The position numbers and the translations under genes were made by a program. A stretch of 63,304 bases of DNA, filler included, from Octopus bimaculoides (Eukaryota), in NCBI RefSeq assembly GCF_001194135.2. It is 5 parts of 5 records of this genome, joined end to end, with 100 filler letters (N's around TTAATTAATTAA, not from the genome) between each part and the next. Parts side by side here need not be neighbours in the genome. Positions count along the whole stretch, not along the records: positions 1 to 24,274 come from NC_068990.1; 4 more parts are not named here. One strand, 5' to 3'. Under the pieces are notes generated by a model. That model was not told the origin of the DNA. It did no database searches and worked only from the letters and a program-made list of their open reading frames with translations. This document shows positions 1 through 12,699 of this stretch, in pieces (position 1 is the stretch's first letter; every line of letters starts with the position of its first letter).

Positions 1-837
1 TATATATATATATATATATTGTTGTGTCTGGAGAGAGCCATACTGCCTTAGTGCGTTATTATCTAACACACCGGCTCAATTTGTTTCGACACACGAATTC
101 ACATAAAGACTCTTGCAAACCAGATACAAAAACGAAATCTCTTATATAAAATAGGCCTGTGTGTGTGTGTGTGTGTGTGTTCGCTTTTCATGCGAAAACG
201 GCTGCGCGAAGTGCATGAATGATTTGACCTCGGATACATAATAGGGTCTTCAGTTTTATTTTTTCATTAAAAATAATGCTGCATTAATATATATAATTCA
301 CTTCTTTAAAAAGGTATCTCAATGTCAATTTCCGGTATTGAGTTAACAACGGCGAAATTTTCCGTTTTCATTTGCATAACCTCTCACTCTCTATTTTAAT
401 GTTTTCATTTCAAGTTTTAATTCGCTATTTGCAACCATTTAGTAAAAAATAGTTTTTAATGAGCTTTTATTCATACGATTTTGCATTTCATGTCTATTTC
501 ATTCATCGTTTGCAATGTCCTCTCTCCCCCTCTCTCACACACACACAAACTGTCTCTCTAATATGAACACACGCTGACTTTGTAATATAAACACACACTC
601 CAGCTTTGATTTCGTTATTACACAAATATCATAGAATCTTGCAATTCAACATGGAGCGTCCAAAAATATATGGGCATTATTTCGCTTGAACTCGCACACT
701 TCATTAATTTCCGTAAATTTTTTTATTTATTTACTTCTTACGTGCCGTGTTTAGCTCTATGTATTTGTAGTCAATCACACACGCACACGTGTGTTTTTGT
801 ATGTACGTTTGTATACATTTATGGATATGTGTGTGTT

Positions 838-884
<47 letters not shown>

Positions 885-1188
885 GCCAGTTGAGGGGTGT
901 GTTGTAATGTATACTTACAAACATAAATACATATGCATACATCTTTCTGCATGTATGTGCGCGCGCGTGTGTGTAGGTGTGTATGTGCATGGGGCGTTCC
1001 GCAGTCGCCATTTATTTCAATCACTTTTGTGAAGATATTCACGCAATTCATATTTTCATTTACTCTCCAATTTAATTTTCGAAAAAGTTTTCGAGAACAA
1101 TATTCTCACTCTGTACAAGAGGAGACGGAGTAGATGTAGATGATCAGTATTCTACAGCGAAGCAAAGACGAGTACAGGAGGCAGAGTC

Positions 1189-1900
1189 AATGTTAAATTA
1201 TGCAACTCTGTTAACTCTATTAAGTATGTTTGCAAATATATAAACAAAGGTTTAGCTGCTGCAACATACACTCTTATGCAGAATTGCGGTTAGCAGATAA
1301 ATAAAAATGATGAAGATGAAGAGTATGACAGAGGAAGATACATCAGTACCAATGAGACTTTTTGGCGCATCTTCAATTTTCTTGTTCATGGGAGGCTCCC
1401 AGCCATCATTCATCTGTGTGTCCGTCTAAAGAATGGCCATAGGGTTATCTTTACAAAACAAACAACCTTGCAACAAGCACTTTCTCTAAAAGAAACTCCC
1501 CTTACTGCCTTTTTTAAGTTGTGTCAAGTAGATGAAGAAGTAAGAAAACTCCTTTACCCACAATTACCCCAGTAAAGAGTTTGCTGCGTCCCCCCAAGAT
1601 AAGCAGAATGCTGCAACTTACGGCTACTTTTTCATGAAGTATGTGGTCCCAAATCATTCCGAGATTCGAGGTGGGTAAATGGCCATGTGTGTGAAACTTA
1701 TAAGGAAGCATGCTATCAACAAGGTTTATTAGAAATTGATGAGCATTGGGACTTTGCATTGACTGAAGCATCAGTATCAGATTCTCCAAGGAAACTCCGT
1801 AACCTTTTTGCAATTATACTGAACATGTGTCAACTTGGCAGTCCCTATAGACATCGTGAGAACATGGCTGAGAACTTAAAGTATACAGTTCAATAGGCAG
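1189..1900 (+). pseudogene. Helitron Rep C-terminal and linker region, broken by stops and frameshifts
   Basis: Manual translation gives NVKLCNSVNSIKYVCKYINKG (Rep motif 3), GRYISTNETFWRIFNF..HLCVRLKNGHRVIF, TPLTAFFKLCQ and TYKEACYQQGLLEIDEHW, all typical Helitron RepHel blocks. Confidence 0.85.
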
Positions 1901-2034
1901 ATCCAAATATCAATATTCAGTTCTCTGAAACAATTTTTAACCAAGCACTGATGTAAACTGAGGATCAAGTTTTGACTATGAGAGGCTAAAATTTGCAAGA
2001 GTCTGGCTCTGGACTGCCAAAAACAAACCGTTAA

Positions 2035-3000
2035 ATGAGTGATTTAACTTCAAGAGACATAGCAAGAAAGGCAAATTATGACACCACAGAGTTGGCTGCA
2101 TTTGCAAATGAACATGGACCTAAACTTCTTCCAGAACAACGCTGTGCATATGATAAAATTATTTCGTCAGTCAGAGAAAAAAGCGGAGGAATTTTCTTTC
2201 TTGATGCTCCTGGTGACACAGGTAAAACATCTGTAACAACATTGCTTCTCTCTAAGGTAAGGCAACAAAACAGAATTGCAGTTGCTGTTGCATCGTCTGG
2301 TATTGCTGCCACCCTTCTCCCAGGAGGACGAAAAGCTCATTCTGCTTTTAAATTACCGCTAAACCTGGCCACAAATGACAGTCCAATTTGTAACATAAAC
2401 AAAGGTTCAGATTCAGCAGAAGTGTTGCGTCAATGTTACCTGATCATTTGGGATGAATGCGCCATGTCACATACAGGTGCAATGGAAGCTCTTGATAAGA
2501 CCTTACAGGACGTAAGAGTCAACAATAAATCTATGGGAGGAGTTACATTAGTTTTATCAAGAGACTTCAGACAGACATTACCAGTCATTCCGAGGCGAAC
2601 AAAATCTGATGAAATAAAAGCATTTATTAAGTCTTCACACCTATGGAATAAAGTACAGAAATTCTCCTTCAATACTAACATGTGAGCTTTATTACATGGG
2701 GATGAATGTGCAGAACAGTTTTAAACCTGACTCCTCCAATTAGGAAATGGGAAACTATCATTTTATGGGAATGGGGATATTAATTTGGTGCATATTGCTA
2801 TCATGGTGAATTCCCCAGCTGAATTGATGGGCGGTATTTCCAAAAGTAATGATTATAATTCACATAAATGGTGGTATAAAAGGGCAAATTCTTGCTCCAA
2901 AAAATGAGACAGTAGCAAAGATTAACCGTGAATGAATGAATATGATTCCAACAGTCCTTAAGAAGTACAAATCAGGTAATTCAGTCCTTGATGAAAATCA
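2035..3000 (+). pseudogene. Helitron PIF1-family helicase fragment
   Basis: ORF 2035-2685 has FFLDAPGDTGKT (Walker A), VASSGIAATLLPGG, IIWDECAM and DFRQTLPVIP. After stops it continues with ILAPKNETVAKIN to about 3000. Confidence 0.92.
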
Positions 3001-3260
3001 AATATATTTATCAAACTTACATAAAAATATCTTGAAATACTAGAGAGTCAATTTATTAAATAAAATCTCCATTGGCTTCGACCACAGCCTTCGAAATCTC
3101 CTGCAACTCTTCTGGACGGTTCTTTTGTTTAAGTTGGTGAATGCTGCCATAATCCTTGCCTTCACCTCAAGTTTGGTGTTATAAGGTGTTTCGGTGGTCT
3201 CTCGCTCAACTGCGCCCCACAAATAATAATCAAGGGGGTTGCAGTCTGGGGAGTTATAAC
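3000..3260 (-). mobile_element. Tc1/mariner-superfamily (maT/DD37D-like) transposase 3' fragment
   Basis: Minus strand reads NSPDCNPLDYYLWGAVERET..NTKLEVKARIMAAFTNLNK, the SPDxNPxD motif and C-terminus of this family. Confidence 0.8.
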
Positions 3261-3830
3261 TAACGAGAGAAACGCCCTTATGTGAGGTTATTATCTAATG
3301 TACGTTCATCTAGAATCTCATAAAAATTCCACCAAGTATTAAGCAAACACATCTACATCTTTGCCTTGTAGATCTTTGTGGTTGTTTGGGAATGTAATGG
3401 AAAAAACTGCGGGCCCATCGTCCCAAATCTATGGCAGTATTGCTATTTTACTCTAGATAGAGACAGTGTGACCTTNNNNNNNNNNNNNNNNNNNNNNNNN
3501 NNNNNNNNNNNNNNNNNNNNNNNNNNNNNNNNNNNNNNNNNNNNNNNNNNNNNNNNNNNNNNNNNNNNNNNNNNNNNNNNNNNNNNNNNNNNNNNNNNNN
3601 NNNNNNNNNNNNNNNNNNNNNNNNNNNNNNNNNNNNNNNNNNNNNNNNNNNNNNNNNNNNNNNNNNNNNNNNNNNNNNNNNNNNNNNNNNNNNNNNNNNN
3701 NNNNNNNNNNNNNNNNNNNNNNNNNNNNNNNNNNNNNNNNNNNNNNNNNNNNNNNNNNNNNNNNNNNNNNNNNNNNNNNNNNNNNNNNNNNNNNNNNNNN
3801 NNNNNNNNNNNNNNNNNNNNNNNNNNNNNN

Positions 3831-3882
<52 letters not shown>

Positions 3883-4095
3883 TGTCTGTCTGTCTGTATG
3901 TATGTATGTATGTATGTATAGATGTATAGATGTATGCATGCGTTTGTTTCCCACCATCGCTTGGCAACCAGTGCTGGTATGTTTACATTCTCGTAACTTA
4001 ACAGTTCGGCAAAAGACACCATAGAATAGGTACCAATTCTTAATAAAAAAAAAGTACTGGAGTCGATTTATTCGACTAAAATTCTTCAAGGTTGT
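3831..4095 (+). mobile_element. SINE family 1, 3' half (head lost in the gap)
   Basis: (TG)n followed by CCACCATCGCTTGGCAACCAGTGCTGG..GTAACTTAACAGTTCGGCAAAAGA, matching the tail of the intact copy at 19622. Confidence 0.75.
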
Positions 4096-4368
4096 ATTCC
4101 AATTCAGGAAGCAAAAAGACGGAACAAATGCAACAAAGTTGTTTGTTTGATGTTCTCACAATTCCGGTAGTACATTGCGATAGAACTGGTAGTCAATTTA
4201 TTAACCGTGGTAGGTTGAAAGGTAAATTAGATGTAGGCAAGATTTGATCAGGGGACGGAAGGTGGTGGTATATATACCACAAGGCAATACGACGGGCGTT
4301 CTAATGATGCTGCCGACTCGCTTACACATTCATTCATATATACACATACATACTTACTTACATAGATA

Positions 4369-4399
<31 letters not shown>

Positions 4400-5064
4400 N
4401 NNNNNNNNNNNNNNNNNNNNNNNNNNNNNNNNNNNNNNNNNNNNNNNNNNNNNNNNNNNNNNNNNNNNNNNNNNNNNNNNNNNNNNNNNNNNNNNNNNNN
4501 NNNNNNNNNNNNNNNNNNNNNNNNNNNNNNNNNNNNNNNNNNNNNNNNNNNNNNNNNNNNNNNNNNNNNNNNNNNNNNNNNNNNNNNNNNNNNNNNNNNN
4601 NNNNNNNNNNNNNNNNNNNNNNNNNNNNNNNNNNNNNNNNNNNNNNNNNNNNNNNNNNNNNNNNNNNNNNNNNNNNNNNNNNNNNNNNNNNNNNNNNNNN
4701 NNNNNNNNNNNNNNNNNNNNNNNNNNNNNNNNNNNNNNNNNNNNNNNNNNNNNNNNNNNNNNNNNNNNNNNNNNNNTATATATATATATATATATATATG
4801 CGTACGTATATATACGTATATAAGTGTGTATGTATGTATGTATATATCGGTAGTGGTAGAGAAAATTCGGTTTTCTGATAGATTCTTTTCAGTTGAATTC
4901 AGTGAGGCTGAAATATAAATATAAAGACGTCGACATTTCTATTTCGACATCCAGAGCTGCTCAGGCAGGGAAATCTGTTTGTAAGAATTTGGTGATGCAC
5001 GGCAAAGCATTCGAACAATATCGCCAACGCCACCGCCGTCAGGAGGCAGCAGCAGCAGCAACAT

Positions 5065-5070
5065 CACCAG

Positions 5071-5130
<60 letters not shown>

Positions 5131-5137
5131 CACCACC

Positions 5138-5185
<48 letters not shown>
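5065..5185. repeat. (ACC)n/(ACT)n compound microsatellite
   Basis: Visible trinucleotide runs; source of the poly-L/P/V ORFs. Confidence 0.95.
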
Positions 5186-5186
<1 letters not shown>

Positions 5187-5227
5187 TGTCAGCATCTATC
5201 AACCTTGTAAAATTTACTGTCCGGAGG

Positions 5228-5490
5228 CATAGACATGACTGTGTGATTAAGAGCCACGTGGTTTCAGGTTCGGTCCTAAAGCACAGCACCCTGGGGACAC
5301 GTGCCTTTTACTAATAGCCCCATGAGTGTATCTTAGTAGGCGGGAAAATGTGTGGAAGCCCGTTGTATGTGTATGCGTGTGTGGGTGGGTGGTTGTGGGT
5401 GGGTAAGTGTGAGTGTGTGTGCATGTGCTTATTCCACCGCTTGACAACCGGATGGTCGCAGTCCAATAACTGAAACAACAAAAAGGCAAA
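5228..5490 (+). mobile_element. SINE family 1, degenerate copy
   Basis: tRNA-like head (GGTTTCAGGTTCGGTCC), AAGCCCG-(TG)n linker and GCTTGACAACCG tail. Confidence 0.6.
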
Positions 5491-6559
5491 GACGACAAAG
5501 ATACCAGGCTGGTCAATGTTTAATGTTTCTCGAATGTATTTCTGCCACCTAACGACGACTGTAAACCACGTTGAATGTGCAAAGTCTCTGTGTATTGTTT
5601 AATGAATATATAAATACCTGAACACTCTCGGCACTAATATTCCTTTTAATAATTTCAATTGGTCACGAAAATACAGGTTGCACTAAGAAAGACAAAATAC
5701 AATGTGAATAATGAAGTGTTCGATAATTATTGATTGATCCTGACTAGGTACAAGGTCAAATATTGCAAGAGTGGGAGAGGCTATGTTTTGGAAAAAAAAT
5801 TGATCTTGGTTGTTGCTCTCCTTTTTTTCTTTTCTTACTTCTAAAAACTTTGAAACCGAGTGTGCCACTATGCGGCTGTTTGACTTGCTAGTAATAGCAG
5901 TAAATTTTTTCTTGAATTACAATTCATTGTCTTCAAAAGAGAACACATAAGGTAATGTAGTATGGTGTGCTTTATTCAAGAATGACAATAAATGAATAAT
6001 ACGTACATATGTATACACACATAATATATACATGTATATATATATATATNNNNNNNNNNNNNNNNNNNNNNNNNNNNNNNNNNNNNNNNNNNNNNNNNNN
6101 NNNNNNTATGCATATATGTCGTTGCTATTATGTTAAACTGTCGTATGCTCAAATTTGGCCAAATGCGCTTTTCTTTTTCAATATCAAATTTTGCTTGCAA
6201 TAGCCGGTTCTTTTGATTACGCTATCGTATCCCCGGCTGCTTCAGATTCCAAGATATGAAAATTGTCAAAGTGTGGTACAATAGTTTAGCATTTGTCAAA
6301 AGTTTAGCAACTCCCACGTACGACACTTGCAAAAATATTTCTGACTGAAAATATCATACATGCATGGAGTTACGATTTTACGCACCCAAAAAAGTATTAT
6401 TGTTTAGCTGAAAATGTTGCTAATGTAAAAAGAAATAGAAAGCTGAAACTATTTTTACGTTTTTTGAAAAAGCAACGTTTTGGACTTACGACACTTATGC
6501 ATAATAGGAACGACATACATACATACATACATACATGAGACATGATGTAGCTAGGACAC

Positions 6560-7130
6560 TCTATAATGAAATCCTTTGAAAGGATAACTCCGAAGACAAA
6601 GAAATAAGAACCCACAGTATGGTAGAAGCCATAGCCACTCATAATAAAAAGGATTACTGGTGGAATGTCCCAGTGAGGATTTCAATAAAATCTAAGCACA
6701 ACAGATCTGATATAAGGATTTGGGATAGAGAAGAGAAACTGTGCACATTTCTGGAAATTAGCTGCCCCTGATGTTAACATAAAACTGAAGATCAGCGAAA
6801 AAATGAACACCTACGCTGAACTATCGAGAAATCTGCAGTAACTCTATTCAGATTACAAGTTCAGGTTTATATCTGTAATTATTTGGGCCCTGGGATATAT
6901 AACACACTGCTTAAATACCAATCTTGAGAAATTAGGCTTCTCAAAACCAGAAAGGATAAAGCTAATTCGAAGACTACAGATCCAATCCATCACAGGAACT
7001 GTAAAAATTTGTAAAACTTTCCTGATGTTTAGCATTTAAATATACATATGAGCATGTTTAGATATGCAACTATATGTATGAGCGTACATACATAAAGCAA
7101 AACATACAAATCTGCTCACATACATACATA
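6560..7130 (+). mobile_element. R4/Dong-type LINE 3' fragment (restriction-like endonuclease and 3' UTR)
   Basis: Translation YWWNVPVRISIKSKHNRSDIRIWDREEKLCTFLEISCP..KISEK..YAEL follows the PD-(D/E)xK RLE pattern, with stops and frameshifts. Confidence 0.8.
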
Positions 7131-7340
7131 CATACATACATACATAGATACCCCGTTGTTGATGTTGAAATTCCAATGAAGGAGCCTTGGATCTACGTTA
7201 GAAATCGTTGAAATAAGACTGAACATTGACATACATGCATACATACATATATACATACATACATTCATACATACATACATATATATGTACACACACACAC
7301 ACATATATATGCATACATACACACATATATAAAGATGGGT

Positions 7341-7583
7341 AGGCGTTGTTGTGTGGTAAGAAGCTTGATTCTCAATCATATATTTCAGAGTTCAATCCCG
7401 CTGTGTGGTACCTTGGGCAAGAGTCTTCGACTACAGCCTCAGGCAGTCCAAAGCCTTGTAAGTGGTCTTGGCAGACGGAAACTGAAAGAAGCCCGTCGTA
7501 TATATGTGTGTGTGTGTGCGTGTGTGTGCATGTGTGTGTGTGTGTGTGCGTGTGTGTGTATGTGTGTGTGTGTGCGTGTGTGA

Positions 7584-7620
<37 letters not shown>

Positions 7621-7745
7621 TGCACGCATGCTTGTCCTCCACCACCGCTTGAAATCGGTGTTGGTGTGTTCATTCGACTACAGATGTTTCAAGGCGATGC
7701 CCCAGCATGGCCGCAGTCTTAATAACTGAAACAAATATAAGATAA
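7341..7745 (+). mobile_element. SINE family 1 with expanded internal (TG)n
   Basis: Head TGTGTGGTAAGAAGC..GTTCAATCCC, core ACCTTGGGCAAG..AGACGGAAACTGAAAGAAGCCCGTCG, tail CCAGCATGGCCGCAGTC..ACTGAAACAA. Confidence 0.85.
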
Positions 7746-7814
7746 AAAAGTAATAGCTAATAGGTGGGGTTCCTTTGATTACAGATTTATTTAATCAAGT
7801 TTGATTTCGCGTTA

Positions 7815-8015
7815 ACAACAGCAGCAGCAGCACCAGCAGCACCAGCAGCACCAGCAGCAACAACAAAACAGCAATAGCTCCAAAGCAACAACAGCACAAC
7901 AGTAGCTGCACCAAAGCAACAAGAACAGTGACAACAGCAACAAAAGTAGCAGTAATAACAGCATCAACAACGACAACAACATTAAAAACGACAAAAACAG
8001 TAATAACAGCAACTA
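7815..8015. repeat. Degenerate (CAG/CAA)n microsatellite
   Basis: CAG/CAA/ACA runs; the poly-Q frame is stopped by TAG. Confidence 0.85.
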
Positions 8016-8499
8016 CAAGTACTTATTTGATCGATTAACAATCGATATGAAAGGCGCAATCGATAGCGATGGGTATTGTCCAGTAAATTTCGATTTATTA
8101 TTGAAAAGGCTTTGGGTTCACCGATAGTGGGTCGAGAAATATGATTGTCAGATATCGGTTTGATTTGATATATGCTCAATGTCTATAAGCGAAAACGGAA
8201 GATCTGAACCAATCATAGTTCATGGCAGCTACTGCTTTTATTGACCCTTCTCGAGATCAATATATCGGGAGTACCTTTCTTGGGACCAGTCTCCACCGTT
8301 TAGAACTCCTTACACACCGGATATATATGTTTCGTAGCTGACTTGCTGCTTGAGACAGAGGTTGCTGGGAGTCTATTTTGGTAGTGTGTGCCTCGTGTAT
8401 ATGTGGAGCTATTCTATACTGGATTTTAACTGAAAAAAAAACAACAACAAAAACAAAAAAACTAGGGTGTAACTTACACACGGGGCAAGGCTAGAACTA

Positions 8500-8740
8500 C
8501 AGTCGTTGCCAAAAGTTTGGAACATTCGTTTAAAAATTAAAATTGTAATGTCCAAGTATAATTCGATTCAAATACTTATCTAATAGCTGATCCACTGCTT
8601 CAATATCTAGAACAAAAAAAGAATTCAGACCTATACTCCAAACGTTTGGCCAAATTATAATATATTGCAAGTTAGATATAACTTTGGGCATTTAATATAA
8701 ACATTTTAATTTTCAGACCTATGTTTCAAACTTTTGGCCA
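8500..8740. mobile_element. Tc1-type MITE remnant
   Basis: TA|CAGTCGTTGCCAAAAGTTTGGAACA at 8500, with inverted partial copies TCCAAACGTTTGGCCA (about 8640) and TTTCAAACTTTTGGCCA (about 8730). Confidence 0.55.
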
Positions 8741-9644
8741 GGAAACATTTTCTATCAAGATTTAACACTAAATTAGGGGTGCCACTTATACACTAGTAAA
8801 TACGACGTATCTTCTTTCCATTTAGAAACCTCTGAAGTAGAAAGGATATCTGTACTGGTGAGGCGGATATTTTGCTGTGTTTGAGTCTTAGTAGTTTTGG
8901 TGATGTGAGATGTCAGGCTCCGACACAATGCTATATGCTTTTTGCAGTTTAATCATCGTCTTATCTTCGTTTGTTCACTGTTTGATGTTGCGGCACTTTT
9001 CTGTTTTCCGCTTCTCTTTTGTTTGATAATCTCTTAGCTATTTGGAGGAAATACTGTGTTTTAGACATTTTAGACCCTTGAACGTGGGTAACATATTTCA
9101 GTTTAATGTTCAGTTTGAAATTTGATAGGAAAAAATAAATAAATTAAATAAACGCAGTTAAGGGAGGAAAACCTGGGGGAAATGAAAGGTGGGTTTAGTG
9201 CAGGATACAGGATGAAGGACAAGGGAGCGAAGGGTTCAGAAGAAGAGATAGCTACATCGGTGGAGTAGGGCAAACAGTGTATGCAGCCTGTTAATTCAAA
9301 AGAAAAGCGATATGTTACGGGTAAACGAGTTAGCAAGAATAAACAGCAAGACTGTGAATCAATAGTTGTAGTGTTCTGTTATGATGAGTAAATATTTACT
9401 TATCAGTTGAGTTGAAACATCTTTTAGTTGCATCAAGGTTGTTTCAGGCGTCTGTATTTGTAGCTTCAGAACCATCCCTCAGATGTGTTTAGCACTGTCA
9501 TAAATAATTGCTCATAAGATTAGTAGAGGGTTATCAGTTTATGAGGGAGTATTTTGTGGACATGAAGAAGAAACCTAATCATTAGGCTGCAGAACTGGTA
9601 ATGTAACATTTCTGCCTTTCATCCTCATCTTCAGGAGTTCTCAT

Positions 9645-9790
9645 ATGAAGGTGCGTAGTCTAGTGGTTAGGGTATTGGGATCACAATCATAAGCTTGCAG
9701 GTTCGATTCATAAACTGGGCGGTGCGTTGTGTTCTTGTGCAAGGCATTTTACCTGATGTTGCTCCAGTCTTTTCCCCTAAAATGGTTCCC
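9645..9790 (+). mobile_element. SINE family 3 head
   Basis: GAAGGTGCGTAGTCTAGTGGTTAGGG..GGTTCGATTC..GCGTTGTGTTCTTGTGCAAGGCA..TTGCTCCAGTC, the same family as 27503. Confidence 0.7.
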
Positions 9791-9814
9791 GGTCTAGAGT
9801 TGGAACATACCTCC

Positions 9815-9870
<56 letters not shown>

Positions 9871-10657
9871 TCTTTCTCTCTCTCTCTCGCTCAGGCTATC
9901 ACATTCTAGATGTTCCACTCAGAGATGGAAGAGTCTGGAGGGTGTCTATGTCCACTCGCCGCGGCCACATAGCCCCCCCGCCTCAAACACAATAAAAGCA
10001 TGGCATGTGCTATTATGCCTTACGACTGACTGCTATAGTTCAAGAGCACTATGGTTGAATGTCTTTGTGGACGGCAGGACCAGGTAATGCAAACATAGCC
10101 TCTCGTCAAATTAGGTTCTTGTATTGCTGAACACTTCCGTTCTCAAACGTCAAATTATTCGACCTTATAATCTCTCATCTCACGAAACCCAGCAACATTT
10201 TCTCGTTTCGTTTTTCATTATTCATTTCCCTGCTCGTTCTTGTCATTCCTTCCTCTCCACTTTGTTATTACGTTCACTACTCCTCCTCCTTCAATTATTG
10301 ATCTCATTTAAGTCTATATTTGTTCAATTCCGGTTCTTATTTTTCTATCTTCGATTTATCCGTTTTCTCTTTTTAAAAAATTTTCCGCTATTAACATTTG
10401 AAACTCATTGCACTATTAAGGGAAGATGAATATTTGTACAATCGAAGAGTTATACACCTTAACGGAAGCAGAAACGATTTATTTTCCAAAGTATTTTTTT
10501 CCAAATATTATTGAATAAACAAGAATTGTAAAAAACCTTTAGTAACCACAATAAATGATCTGTGCTTCATAAAAACTGTACCAAAATATATATCACTCTA
10601 CATATGTGAATCGAGAGCAATACATTTAAAAATATATTCTTTATCAAATACGATGCG

Positions 10658-10658
10658 A

Positions 10659-10734
<76 letters not shown>

Positions 10735-10750
10735 AATCTATCTATCTGTC
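10658..10750. repeat. (TATC)n microsatellite
   Basis: Visible tetranucleotide run. Confidence 0.95.
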
Positions 10751-11689
10751 TGTCTGTCGGTCTGTCTGTATACAACAGGCTTCCTCAATTTTCATCTATG
10801 AAATTTCATTCACAAAGCATTGGAGAATCCTAGGCTATGTTAGAACACATGTCAAAGAATTCACACAATGGGATCAAACTCAAGACACACGTCTTAACCT
10901 CACAATCACGCATGCGCACCAAATATGCTTTCTAAACTCTTCTGTTTGTGGCTTCATTATTATTCAGTCTTCTCCCCTACAATTACTTTCACATAGGCAA
11001 CAAGCAATGGCATCTGTGTAGTTACTGCTCACGCCGTGTTACTGACTGGTATATCATATTTTTCATTGTTTTCACTTAAGTTGTCAGTGAAGACGTTACT
11101 AATAAAACAACAAGACATTCAAAGAAACATCACAATGATGAAGTATTTTTTTAAACACAAGCACAAGGGCACTTATTTTAGTGTAATAGTCGATTGCATT
11201 GATTCTAATCGTTGACTGGTACTTTCTCTTATTGCTTGCGGAAAGATAAGAGGCAAAGTCAACTAGGCATAATTTAAACATCAGAAGGAGGAAGGTTTTG
11301 TGTGGTTAATCAAAAGAGGGGCCGCAGTATCATAATATTTTTGTCTGACTTCAAAGACTAGTGTGAGAAATAGAGGCAGGAACCAAGGATCTGAGATGTG
11401 GCAATAAGAAGCAACAATATTCAATATTCAATACTAAGTTACTACTCAGAGTGGACTGCGCTAAAAACTTCCACAGATAAAATGATGGTGTTAATCTTGA
11501 TGGCGGTTAAGTCTACCGACCAAGAACAGCTACAGGTTTTCAGATGAGCTTCCTCATAGTTTCCCATCCTTCAGTTTCATTTGAGTCGGTCCAAGTATTG
11601 TGAGTCAAAACAGGCTGGTGGAAACTATGACGGAAACATGTCGGAGAGACTCGCTCTTATTAAATACCGAAAACCATTTTGCTGCTTAA

Positions 11690-11945
11690 TTCTGCCATTC
11701 TACACCCACTAGCTATAATGATAATCTCTTCTTCTATAAGTACAAGGTCTGAAATACGTGTGGTGATGGGTGGAGCTAGTCAGTTACATCGACATCAGTG
11801 TTTGATTGCTACTTATTTTATCGACCTCGAAAGGATGAAAGGCAAGGCCGACTTCGGCGGAATTTAAACTCAGAGCGTTAAGACGGGCGAAATACTGCTA
11901 AGAATTTTATCTAGCGTGTTAACGATTTTGCCAGCTCCCCGCCTT
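11690..11945 (-). mobile_element. SINE family 2 (Nin-like central domain)
   Basis: Reverse complement contains CCGCCGAAGTCGGCCTTGCCTTTCATCCTTTCGAGGTCGATAAAATAAGTA and a tRNA-like head. Confidence 0.85.
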
Positions 11946-12699
11946 CCCTGTAACTATAATGGTAATAATATATTTCCATTCCTCTATTTTACATGCAAAT
12001 GTGCATAATCACTGACCTTGTATCACCTGTTCTACTTATTCTGTCAATCCTGGATGGGTGAAAAAATATCTGTCGGTGGGAGCGAGTAAGTCAGCTAAAC
12101 TTTTTAGGCCTTAAGGTGGTCCTCATCTATAATCTATGACATTTAAACAACTCTTTCATTGAGACACAAAATCTTTTGTTTTAGTTGAGAAGGCCATAAT
12201 CAATTTAATCAATCAGATTTCAGTAATAATAACATATTTTACGCCTAATGAAAATCTAGATTGAGAGTATTAGGGAAATAATATAGGAAATTGTTTCATT
12301 CACGTTCTCCATCCACTAAAATCATAGGAAATATAATCGAACCGAAACTCATTAATAAATATCTCACATTAGCACAAAACTAAATAATTTAAGGATAGAA
12401 TAAACTGGATCTCCGTCCGTTTCGACGATAAGTATTCAGTTGTGTGATCAATTTAATAACCTGATCGTCGAATTAGCGTGTAAGTGGCTGAGTATTCCAC
12501 AAATGCATGTATCCTGAACGTAATTCACGGATGGAATAGATACGGTTTTAATTTGCAGGAGACTTTAAATCACAGGTAGAATCTATCCATCCGCCTTTCA
12601 CACAGTTTCCGTACGACTTATTTAACTTACAATGGCTTGGGTCAACCAGAGGTTATGATAAAAGTAAAAGATACCATCAAGTGGGACAGAACTCGAGTC

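Larger units (their letters stand above)
138..3000 (+). mobile_element. Decayed, internally deleted Helitron (5' end plus Rep-helicase remnants; 3' end missing)
   Basis: Helitron-type 5' terminus A|TCTCTTATATAAAA at 138, followed by Rep motif 3 and PIF1 helicase fragments on the same strand. No 3' hairpin/CTRR end is seen. Confidence 0.8.

Noticed and set aside
20-70. Similarity of 31-67 to about 3265-3300 as termini bracketing the Helitron
   Set aside because: The match is short and degenerate (GAGAGA..GTTATTATCTAA) with no TSD, so it is more likely two remnants of another repeat.
2035-2685. Host PIF1 helicase gene
   Set aside because: It is intronless, broken by stops, and preceded by Helitron Rep motif 3, so it is a Helitron remnant.
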